Positions 49,637-57,828 of a DNA stretch of 64,000 nt are shown piece by piece (the stretch's first letter is position 1; each line of letters begins with the position of its first letter). The DNA comes from Candidatus Binatia bacterium. GTDB taxonomy: Bacteria > Acidobacteriota > Terriglobia > Acidiferrales > UBA7541. A program made the translations under genes and the position numbers. The notes below the pieces were generated by a model. That model did no database searches. It saw only the letters and a program-made list of their open reading frames with translations, and had not been told where the DNA came from. The stretch is taken from contig DATIYQ010000181.1 in assembly GCA_035517515.1 (NCBI GenBank), positions 12,747-76,746 of the forward strand, in the 5' to 3' direction.

Positions 49637-52169
49637 GGCCATCCTGATTGACACGACCAAGTGCATCGGTTGCCGCTCCTGCCAGGTGTCCTGCAAGGAA
49701 TGGAACGGGCTTCCCGGAGAGATCACTGCGGTGCCGCGGGCGGGGCTGGGATTGCAGAATCCCGTGACGGTTTCGTCGAAGACCTTGACGCTGATGACCT
49801 ATCACGAAGTGGCGGAGGCGGGCGCTCCGGGCGGCTTGAAGTATGTGTTTGCCAAACGCCAGTGCATGCACTGTGACGACCCGGCGTGCGCCTCCGCCTG
49901 CCCGGTGACGGCGCTGCATAAGACCGAGGATGGCCCGGTGACCTACGACAGCGGGAAGTGCATCGGCTGCCGGTATTGTGTCTGGGCTTGCCCCTTTGGA
50001 GCCCCCACGGTGCAGTGGGATTCACTCGCGCCCGAAATCCGCAAATGCACGATGTGCTACGACCGCATCAGCCAGCCCGCGCCAGAGGCGCGCAATGGGC
50101 ACGCACTGACGGAGGACGAGAAGAAGCGTTTCTCCCAGCAGGAAGCCGTCCCGGTGTGCGTCAAACAATGCCCCGCCGGCGCCCTGAAGTTCGGTGAAAA
50201 GGACGCGCTGCTGGCCGAGGCCAAAGGGCGCATCCAGGCGCATCCGGAAAAGTACGTGGACCACATCTACGGAGAGCACGAGGCCGGCGGCACGAGCACC
50301 TTTTATCTGGCCGGCGCTCCTTTTGCGGCGCTGGGATTCCCGCAGGTCGGCATGCGGGCTTATCCGGGGGCCAGCGTGGCCGCGCTGCACGCGGTTCCGC
50401 TTTCTGTGGTCGGGATGGGCGCCTTGCTGGGGGGCAGCTACGCGGTCTATCAGCGGAGAGCAGCGGTGACGCAGGCGGCGCCGGCTCTTGCGGCCGCGGG
50501 TTCGGGCGGGGCGGTGTTGTCCGGGCCCTACAAACCCATCGGGCACCAGGAGACGCCGCCTGCCCCGGAAGCGAAGGCTGCTCCGGCGACGGGCGGGATG
50601 CTCAGCTCCCTCCACGAGCTATTAAAGTTCTGCATTGGGTTCGGCGCGATCTTGCTGCTCCTGCGGCTGGCGGCAGGCTGGCGCGCGAACATGCAGCTTT
50701 CCGCTGCCTATCCCTGGTGGTCATGGATTTTCTCCGATTCCGTTTGGATCACCGCGGTAGCCGGAGCGCTGGTGTCGGCCGGGTTGATTTACATGCTGCG
50801 GGGTCAGCGACTGAGTCTGCCTGCAGCCCAGGGACACGCCAGGGGCAGGCCGGCTGCGGAGGCCGGACACGTGGAATTCGCCCCGGTGCGGCGCAAGTCT
50901 GTCACTCCGGTGGATGGGTTGTTGAAGTTGCTCATCGGGTTCGGAGTCCTCTCCTTCCTGATCCGGTTTGTAGCCGGGCTGGGTGGAAGCACGCACCTTT
51001 CGGATACCTACCCCTGGGGGCTGTGGATCGTATTTGATTTCGCCTGGATCAGCATCGCCGCCGGAGCGTTTGCCACGGCCGGACTCATCTATGTCTTTCA
51101 CCGTGAGGATCTCTATGCGTTCGGGAGATCCGCGGTGCTCATGGGACTGGTGAGTTACACGTTCGTGACTGTGGTGCTGGTGGCGGATCTGGGATTGCCC
51201 TGGCATTTCTGGCAATTGAGCGTCCAGGCGCCCCGGCACTCGGCGATGTTTGAAGTTTCCTGGTGCATCTTCCTGTATCTCACCGTGCTGGCCTTTGAGT
51301 TCCTGCCCATTCCGTGCGAGCGCTGGGGCCTGGAGCGGGCGATGGAGCTGTGGAGAAAATACTCGCCGCTGTACGTGGTCGCGGCGGCGACCCTGTTTAC
51401 CTATCTGATGTCGCGCAGCCTGGTCTACACCACGTTGGCCGCGGGCGTGTTCGGCTTCCTGGCATTCGCCTTCCGCCCGCGCGCGGGAGAGAAGCACTTG
51501 CCGATCATGCTGGCCATCGCGGCGGTCACCTTTTCGACCATGCACCAGAGCTCGCTCGGGTCGCTCTTCCTGCTGATGCCCGACAAGCTGGACGCTCTGT
51601 GGTGGTCTCCGGTTCTGCCGCTCGATTACTTCCTCTCTTCGGTGGCCGCGGGAACCGCGCTGGTCATCCTGATCGAGATGTGGATTGCCAAGGGGTACGG
51701 GAGGGCGCTGCCCATCCGGCAGCTCGCGGCCCTGGGCAAAATCACCATGGCGTTTCTGTTTGTTTACGAATTGGTGCGCGTTGCAGACGTGGGAGTCCGC
51801 GGGCAGCTTCCGCGCGCGCTGGCGGGAGGCACCGGCGGTTTATTCCTGGCCGAGGTCTGTGCGCTCGGCCTGTGCCCGCTCCTGCTGCTGCTTTCAAACC
51901 GCTTGCGCCAGCAGCCTGCGGGGCTGGGCCTGGCGGCTTTTCTGACCGTAGTCGGGGTGATTTTCAATCGCGCCAACGCGGTCTTCTTTGCCATGAATTT
52001 GAAGGGACCGATGCCGCAGATCGCACCCAGCGGCTACATCCCCAGCGTGTGGGAGTGGGGTGTCTCCCTCGGGATGGGTGCGGCGGCCGTGGTCTTGTTC
52101 CGCTGGGGCGCAAATAATTTGCCGGTGCTGCCCAAACAGGAAGCGCAGCCGCTCTCTTCCGTCAATTAG
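49629..52169 (+). CDS. Fusion protein: FdnH/HybA-type 4x[4Fe-4S] subunit + TM anchor + HybB/NrfD-type polytopic membrane quinone-interacting domain
   Basis: Tracked 846 aa ORF. The ATG is preceded by GGAGG and overlaps the fdnG stop by 8 nt. The Cys clusters are CIGCRSCQVSC, CMHCDDPACASAC, CIGCRYCVWAC and CTMC...CVKQC. The membrane part resembles E. coli HybB (GLGGSTHLSDTYPWGLWIVFDFAWISIAAG; STMHQSSLGSL). Confidence 0.85.
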   Translation: MSKAILIDTTKCIGCRSCQVSCKEWNGLPGEITAVPRAGLGLQNPVTVSSKTLTLMTYHEVAEAGAPGGLKYVFAKRQCMHCDDPACASACPVTALHKTEDGPVTYDSGKCIGCRYCVWACPFGAPTVQWDSLAPEIRKCTMCYDRISQPAPEARNGHALTEDEKKRFSQQEAVPVCVKQCPAGALKFGEKDALLAEAKGRIQAHPEKYVDHIYGEHEAGGTSTFYLAGAPFAALGFPQVGMRAYPGASVAALHAVPLSVVGMGALLGGSYAVYQRRAAVTQAAPALAAAGSGGAVLSGPYKPIGHQETPPAPEAKAAPATGGMLSSLHELLKFCIGFGAILLLLRLAAGWRANMQLSAAYPWWSWIFSDSVWITAVAGALVSAGLIYMLRGQRLSLPAAQGHARGRPAAEAGHVEFAPVRRKSVTPVDGLLKLLIGFGVLSFLIRFVAGLGGSTHLSDTYPWGLWIVFDFAWISIAAGAFATAGLIYVFHREDLYAFGRSAVLMGLVSYTFVTVVLVADLGLPWHFWQLSVQAPRHSAMFEVSWCIFLYLTVLAFEFLPIPCERWGLERAMELWRKYSPLYVVAAATLFTYLMSRSLVYTTLAAGVFGFLAFAFRPRAGEKHLPIMLAIAAVTFSTMHQSSLGSLFLLMPDKLDALWWSPVLPLDYFLSSVAAGTALVILIEMWIAKGYGRALPIRQLAALGKITMAFLFVYELVRVADVGVRGQLPRALAGGTGGLFLAEVCALGLCPLLLLLSNRLRQQPAGLGLAAFLTVVGVIFNRANAVFFAMNLKGPMPQIAPSGYIPSVWEWGVSLGMGAAAVVLFRWGANNLPVLPKQEAQPLSSVN

Positions 52170-52203
52170 TCCGCAAGACTGCAACGAAACGCGCGGGGAA
52201 GAC

Positions 52204-53220
52204 TCATGGTGGCAGGGGCACGCCTTCCACGTCCCAATCAATCGAATACAGGATGGAGCCGGTAGCCAGATACGCCCGGCGGGAAGGCAGCAGCGCCAGG
52301 CCCACCAGCCCGCTGCCGCTGAGTACCACCTCTGCCTTGCCCTGCGGCGTGATGCGCACCACTCCGCGGCGCCCGCCATGCGAGGCGGCCACGTAGAGAT
52401 TGCCTTTGGCGTCCATGGCCATACCCTGCGGTCGTCCCAGCCCGCGGAAATACGAGGAAACGTCTCCGCCCGGCGAGATGCGCACGATGCGGTCGTAACT
52501 CGAAGTTGTGGGCCCGGTCACCAGCAGATCGCCTGCGGCGTTGAACACCAGGTGGTACGCGGCCACGGAGGGCTCGAGCGTGGCGAACACCAGAATCTGC
52601 CGGTCGGGGTAAATCTTGAAGATGGTCCCGCTGCGGTCTCCGCAATAAAGGGCGCCCGCTTTGTCGAAGGCCAAGCCCGTGGCGATGCCCATGCCTTCCA
52701 CCCAGCGCTGGGCCCGCCCATCCGGGGTGATGCGGTGAATGGTCCCGTCGTTGCGGCAGGAGACGTAGAGGGTGCCCTCGTGATCCAAGGCCAGACCGGT
52801 GGGATTCACCATCTCCGTGGCAAACGGCTTGACCACGAAGTTGGGGGTGATCTTGTAGAGCGAGACGGGAACCTTCTGCCCGCGCTGGCCGCTGAAGGTG
52901 ACGTACACGTTGCCCTCGCGGTCCACCGCCGGATTGGCCACAGGATGCAGGTTATCGGCCACAGAGAGGCCGACGGCGAACGGGAACTTCTTGCTTTCGC
53001 CATCCGGCGTGGACACGCGGATTTCGCCCAGCGCCCCATCGGGCACGCGGACCACCAGGCGGTTTTCCGTGCACAGCATCAGGCCGGCTTCATTGGTGCC
53101 GAAGCGTACGTTGGGCCGCACCCCATTCTTATGCGTGAAGCCGGAGCCGTAGACGGCGATTTCGCCGCCGGGGATGGCGGCCGCGGGAGCTACCTTTTCG
53201 ATTTTAGGCGCGCTGGCCAT
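52204..53220 (-). CDS. IPT/TIG domain plus six-bladed beta-propeller (NHL / SMP-30-gluconolactonase-like) protein
   Basis: Tracked 338 aa ORF. The N-terminus is an Ig-like IPT segment (IEKVAPAAAIPGGEIAVYGSGF ... VRVPDG). Repeated blade motifs follow (PTGLALDHEGTLYVS, ATGLAFDKAGALYCGD, PQGMAMDAKGNLYVA). No obvious signal peptide. Confidence 0.75.
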   Translation of the reverse strand: MASAPKIEKVAPAAAIPGGEIAVYGSGFTHKNGVRPNVRFGTNEAGLMLCTENRLVVRVPDGALGEIRVSTPDGESKKFPFAVGLSVADNLHPVANPAVDREGNVYVTFSGQRGQKVPVSLYKITPNFVVKPFATEMVNPTGLALDHEGTLYVSCRNDGTIHRITPDGRAQRWVEGMGIATGLAFDKAGALYCGDRSGTIFKIYPDRQILVFATLEPSVAAYHLVFNAAGDLLVTGPTTSSYDRIVRISPGGDVSSYFRGLGRPQGMAMDAKGNLYVAASHGGRRGVVRITPQGKAEVVLSGSGLVGLALLPSRRAYLATGSILYSIDWDVEGVPLPP

Positions 53221-53244
53221 GCCTGGTCGTTCTGTTCCCGATCC

Positions 53245-53799
53245 TCAGAAGCCCAATCCACGCGCCAGCCACAGGCAGGCGGCGGCGTAGGCCCCTGCCA
53301 CCCAATCATCGGCCATGATACCCCATCCGCCCGGAAGCGATTCCGCTTGCCGCGCTGGAAACGGCTTGAAGACGTCGAAGGCTCGAAAAAGTATAAAACC
53401 CGCCAGATAAGATTTCCAGTTGGCGGTGGAAGCGAGCACGGCCGGGCTGGCCAGGAGGGTTAACCACTGACCGGAAACCTCGTCCACCACCACTTCCTGC
53501 GGATCTTTTCTGCCGCTGGCGCGTTCCATGCGGCTTGCCGCCCATACCCCGGCGGCACTGAGCGCCAGCCACCAGGCCAGCGGGTTAAAGGGCTGAAAGG
53601 TGACGACGTTGGGCCGCCAGCCGGCAAACTCCGCACGGGCAAACAGCCAGGCCAGCGCCACGCCCGCCAGTGAGCCCCAGGTACCCGGAGCGAGCGGTAG
53701 ACTTCCCAGTCCGCCCGCGGTGCCCAGCCACCGGGCCAGCACGGGGGCATCATTCTTCGCCGGGGCCGTTGCCGCCGTTGTGCCTAGTTCGTTCATCAA
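53245..53799 (-). CDS. pgpA: Phosphatidylglycerophosphatase A
   Basis: GLGSLPLAPGTWGSLAG, VVVDEVSGQW, FRAFDVFKPFP and GWGIMADD motifs. The tracked start overlaps yacG by 50 nt. The in-frame GTG at 53742 would remove the overlap. Confidence 0.85.
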   Translation of the reverse strand: MMNELGTTAATAPAKNDAPVLARWLGTAGGLGSLPLAPGTWGSLAGVALAWLFARAEFAGWRPNVVTFQPFNPLAWWLALSAAGVWAASRMERASGRKDPQEVVVDEVSGQWLTLLASPAVLASTANWKSYLAGFILFRAFDVFKPFPARQAESLPGGWGIMADDWVAGAYAAACLWLARGLGF

Positions 53800-53959
53800 G
53801 GGTTTCGAGACTGGCCAAATCTTCCAGCGCGGGCTCGGAGACCACGTAGCGCCCCGAAGCCCAGTTGCCCAGGTCCAGCAGGCGGCAGCGCTCGCTGCAG
53901 AAAGGGAATTCCGGGCTCTTCCCGGCGCTGGTTGGGTTGGCGCAGATGGGGCATTTCAT
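53750..53959 (-). CDS. yacG: DNA gyrase inhibitor YacG (zinc-finger protein)
   Basis: Tracked 69 aa ORF: MKCPICANPTSAGKSPEFPFCSERCRLLDLGNWASGRY. This is the CPxC...PFCSxRCxxxDLGxW signature. Confidence 0.8.
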   Translation of the reverse strand: MKCPICANPTSAGKSPEFPFCSERCRLLDLGNWASGRYVVSEPALEDLASLETLDERTRHNGGNGPGEE

Positions 53960-53975
53960 CGGTTCCGCCGGGGCA

Positions 53976-55403
53976 TCAGGCCAAAATGCGAAGTGGCGAT
54001 TCCGCGGCGTCTCTTACCGCCAGGGGCACCGCCCGCTCCTGCTCCCGCGGCGCATCGAGCACCGCGGTCACCGCACCGATCAAATCGTAATCCCGGGCCT
54101 CGCGGATTTCGATCTGGACCATGCGGCCGGCGAGCGTGGCCAGATCCGATACTGGCACGGCGATCTCGGTTACATAAATGCGGCCGTCAATTTCCGGAGC
54201 CATGCCCTCCAGCCGCGCCTCCCAAACGAATTCGCTCTCTTTCGACGGGCCTTCGAGCAGCGCGGTAAACGATTGGCCCACGCGCCGCGCCAGGCGCCGC
54301 CGCGAAATCTTGCGCTGCAGAGACATTAGACGGTCGCGGCGGTCGGCAATGGTTTCCGCGTCCACTTTTCCATCGAGCGCATAGCTCTCCGCGGTCTCGT
54401 CGTCCGAATAGGCAAACACTCCCAGCCAGTCGAATTCGGCGGCGCGCACAAACTCGTACAGTTCGCGGAAGTCGCGTTCCGTCTCCCCAGGGAAACCGGT
54501 AATGAAAGACGTGCGCAACCAGGCCCCCGGCACGGCCGCGCGGATGCGCTCCACCAGTTGCAGCAGCGACTGCGCGCTGCCGCCGCGCTTCATGCGCGCA
54601 AGCACCGACTGGCTGGCATGTTGCAGCGGCACGTCGAGATATTTCACCAGACGCGGATGCGCCGCCATGGTCTCCAGCAGGCGCGCCGTGATGCGGTTCG
54701 GATAGCAGTAGAGGAAACGCACCCACTCCAACTCTTCCATCCCCGCCAGGCGTTCGAGCAGCAGCGGCAAGCCGTCGCGCAGGCCCAGGTCCTCGCCGTA
54801 AGCCGTGGTGTCCTGGCCCACCAGGATTACTTCGCGCACGCCCCCGGCGGCCAGGCGCTCCGCTTCTTTCACCACGGATTCAAAGCGGCGGCTGCGGAAG
54901 CGCCCGCGCAGTTCCGGAATGATGCAGAAGGTGCAGGGGTGGTCGCAGCCCTCGTTGATTTTGATGTACGCGTAGGGACGCGGAGTGGAGAGCATGCGCG
55001 GGGAGCAATCGTGATAGAGAAACTCAGGGCGTCCCGGCTGGAACTCTGTCGCGCCCACTTCTGTGGCCTGGAGGATTCGCTCCACGTCTCCGGTACCGAC
55101 CAGCGCGTCCACCTCCGGAATCTGCTCGCGGATTTGCGCGCCGAAGCGCTCCACCAGGCAGCCGGCCACCACCAGGCGCCGCGCGCGACCGCTGCGCTTG
55201 TATTCCGCCATCTCCAGGATGGTATTGACCGATTCCTGCTGCGCGGGGGCGATGAAACTGCACGTGTTGACCACCAGCACGTCGGCCTCTTCCGGCCGCG
55301 GCGTCAGCTCGTAGCCGTGCCGCGCCAGAATGCCCATCATTACCTCGCTATCCACGAGGTTTTTTGGGCAGCCCAGGCTGATGAATCCGAGTTTCTCGCG
55401 CAT
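53976..55403 (-). CDS. rimO: Ribosomal protein S12 methylthiotransferase RimO
   Basis: ATG 55403 (MREKLGFISLGCPKNLVDSE). The radical-SAM cluster is NEGCDHPCTFCIIP, and a C-terminal TRAM-like domain is present. The tracked start is 55445. Confidence 0.92.
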   Translation of the reverse strand: MREKLGFISLGCPKNLVDSEVMMGILARHGYELTPRPEEADVLVVNTCSFIAPAQQESVNTILEMAEYKRSGRARRLVVAGCLVERFGAQIREQIPEVDALVGTGDVERILQATEVGATEFQPGRPEFLYHDCSPRMLSTPRPYAYIKINEGCDHPCTFCIIPELRGRFRSRRFESVVKEAERLAAGGVREVILVGQDTTAYGEDLGLRDGLPLLLERLAGMEELEWVRFLYCYPNRITARLLETMAAHPRLVKYLDVPLQHASQSVLARMKRGGSAQSLLQLVERIRAAVPGAWLRTSFITGFPGETERDFRELYEFVRAAEFDWLGVFAYSDDETAESYALDGKVDAETIADRRDRLMSLQRKISRRRLARRVGQSFTALLEGPSKESEFVWEARLEGMAPEIDGRIYVTEIAVPVSDLATLAGRMVQIEIREARDYDLIGAVTAVLDAPREQERAVPLAVRDAAESPLRILA

Positions 55404-55493
55404 AGAAGACGCCGCCACCAGCGTCCAATCGAAACAGTTTAGCACAGCGGGCGCGGCAGCCCCGGAGAGGCGGGCGGCGCCGGCCGGCGATGA

Positions 55494-57767
55494 CTAGGGG
55501 AGGCAGGCTTCCACATCGCGCAGGCAGCGCGCCAGCGCCCGCGGGTCCGCCGGCTCGCGGCCGAAGCGCGCCGCTTCGTACAGGCGCGTCATTTTCTCCA
55601 CGCGCTCGGCCAGTGCCGGCTGCTCGAGGGCCGCGGCAAATTCTCGAGGCGTCTGCGAATCCCGCTTGCTGTACCCGTGGCGCGCCAGCGCCCGCAGCAG
55701 GCTGGTGTAATAGACGGTGGCGAGTTTGGGGGCATGCCCCGGCTGGCGCGCGTAGCCGGTGCCCAGCCACGCGGAAAGGCGCATCCACCACTCGCCGAGC
55801 CCACGTGAGCGCAGAATCAGCAGCACCGCCGCGGCCAGCAGAAGTGCGGGAATCAGCAGCACGGCGGGCTGCCGCGCGAACGCGCGTTTCATCGCGTTGT
55901 GCCAGCCCCGCACCACGTCGATGCCCGCCTCCTGCTTCTGGATGGCAAACCACTCCGCCCACCGGGTCCAGTCGCGCAGCGCGCGCTGGGTGGTTGTGGC
56001 CAGGCGCAATTGCTGCGCCGGGTTGTAGTTGATCACCCATTCGCTCCAGGCCATTTCGAACCAGTCCCAGTAGTAGGCCAGGCGACCGAGCGAAAACTCC
56101 GGTTTGGAGCCCGCGGGCGGAGTGGGATCGAACGGGATCCATCCGTACCGCGGAAAATAAACTTCCACCCAGCTATGCGCGTCTGAGCCGCGCACGATGT
56201 AGGAATCGGCCACGTCGTTGTATTCCCCGAGCAAAAAGCCATTGATGTACCGCGCGGGAATGCCCAGCGAGCGCATCATCACCGTCATGGCGGTGGCGAA
56301 ATACTCGCAGTGCCCGGCCTGCCGTTTGAACAGGAAGTGCGCCAGCGGATCGGCGGGGGGCGGATCCGGCTGGGTGAGCGTGTAGCCGAAGCGAGTGCGC
56401 AGGTACAGCTCGATTTCCGCCGCCTTGTCAAACGGAGTATTGGCCCGCCGCGTGATCTCCCGCGCCAGTTCGGGGATGCGTGCATCAAGCGCCCGCGGCA
56501 GTTGCAGATAATTTTCCAGGATTGCGGATGGGTACGCCCCGGTGGTCCGTCGCAGGTCCTCCGGAAGGACTTCCGGAACCAGCGCCTCGCCCTCGTAGAG
56601 GATTTTGGTGAAATTGTTGGACGGATTGAAGACGGAATTCGTCTTGTCCACCAGCAGGTAGCGCGATTGCGCGTCGCGGGCGCGGTTGCCCGTGTCACGG
56701 CCAAACGGTCCGCGCAGGGCCACCGGATGCGCCAGCACGAACAGCGAATCCGTGGCCAGAGGCTCCAGCAGCACCGAGTAATGCACCTGGCGGAATCGGG
56801 AGGCCACTTCCGGCGAGTGGGAAGTGGAGGGCAGCCGATACCACCCGTCCGGGTCCTGGGGCACCGCCACGTGATCGTGCTCCGCGGTGAACCAGCGGTG
56901 CCCGTCAAACGTGGTCAGGGAGATTCCACGCCAGCGCAGGTTCGGAGCGGAGTCTCCTTCGAGATCCATCTTCGCGCGCATTACGACCGAGCCGTGGAGT
57001 TTGATTTCCCCGATGCGACCCAATTCCACGTTATCGGAGAAGCCTGAGATGAGAGTGGGATTGAGGCTCAGTCCGCCAAGGTACGCGCCGGGGAAGCGCG
57101 GAAGGACGGTAAAAATGGCCGCACCGGCGGCAAGCGCGCCGAGGGTCATCATCACTGCGGTGATGCCCAGCGCCCGTCCCAGTCGCACGGCCGCCGGTGT
57201 GCGCGATTCGAGCGGAGGCGCCACCGCGCCTTCTGCGCTACGCCGCATCTCCAGGCTCATAAAGGTGGAGACGCCCAGCACCAGGAAAAAGGAGAGGAAC
57301 ACCAGGTAGGCCGTGTCAATGGTCAGAATCGCCGCCGCCAGCAGAGCGGAAAGCGCCATCATGGAGAGGAACAGCAGGTCGCGCGTGGCTTGCGCGGAAA
57401 ACAAGCGCACCAGCATCACGAAAAGCATCAGGTGAATCGAAGCGTTCAGTCCGGCAAAGAGCCAGGGATTCGGGTTTCCGGCGGCCAGTGCGCGGGAAAT
57501 GAACAGCACGTCCACGGGGAAAATGAGCAGATATCCGCCCACTAGCCAGGTGGCAACGCGCTGGGAAAGCTCCGGAGGCTTTCCGCGCGCATAGCGGAAC
57601 GCTTTCCAGGCCAGCGCCGCGGGCGCGGCCACCGCCGCCACCAGGTCCAGCTTTCCCGTCCACACCAGGGCCAGGACCCCGTTCACCAGCAGCAGAAAGA
57701 GCGAGACCTCGGAATAGCGGGTGAGTGCGGAAAGCGATGCCCGGGGCGCTGCAGCCGCGGTAGCCAT
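55494..57767 (-). CDS. Transglutaminase-like membrane protein (TgpA-type: DUF3488-like N-terminal TM region + transglutaminase core + C-terminal DUF4129-like region)
   Basis: Tracked 757 aa ORF with several N-terminal TM helices. The catalytic core is QAGHCEYFATAMTVMMRSLGIPARYINGF ... GSDAHSWVEVYF (Cys-His-Asp type). Confidence 0.88.
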   Translation of the reverse strand: MATAAAAPRASLSALTRYSEVSLFLLLVNGVLALVWTGKLDLVAAVAAPAALAWKAFRYARGKPPELSQRVATWLVGGYLLIFPVDVLFISRALAAGNPNPWLFAGLNASIHLMLFVMLVRLFSAQATRDLLFLSMMALSALLAAAILTIDTAYLVFLSFFLVLGVSTFMSLEMRRSAEGAVAPPLESRTPAAVRLGRALGITAVMMTLGALAAGAAIFTVLPRFPGAYLGGLSLNPTLISGFSDNVELGRIGEIKLHGSVVMRAKMDLEGDSAPNLRWRGISLTTFDGHRWFTAEHDHVAVPQDPDGWYRLPSTSHSPEVASRFRQVHYSVLLEPLATDSLFVLAHPVALRGPFGRDTGNRARDAQSRYLLVDKTNSVFNPSNNFTKILYEGEALVPEVLPEDLRRTTGAYPSAILENYLQLPRALDARIPELAREITRRANTPFDKAAEIELYLRTRFGYTLTQPDPPPADPLAHFLFKRQAGHCEYFATAMTVMMRSLGIPARYINGFLLGEYNDVADSYIVRGSDAHSWVEVYFPRYGWIPFDPTPPAGSKPEFSLGRLAYYWDWFEMAWSEWVINYNPAQQLRLATTTQRALRDWTRWAEWFAIQKQEAGIDVVRGWHNAMKRAFARQPAVLLIPALLLAAAVLLILRSRGLGEWWMRLSAWLGTGYARQPGHAPKLATVYYTSLLRALARHGYSKRDSQTPREFAAALEQPALAERVEKMTRLYEAARFGREPADPRALARCLRDVEACLP

Positions 57768-57828
57768 AGTTCAGCCGGATTTTATCACGCGCGCGCGCCG
57801 CGCTTTCTATGCGCGCCGGGCCGCGTGC

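Noticed and set aside
47240-49726. 828-aa minus-strand ORF
   Set aside because: It is antisense to the formate dehydrogenase catalytic subunit. The composition is low-complexity and R/H/L/G-rich with no motifs, the same artefact class.
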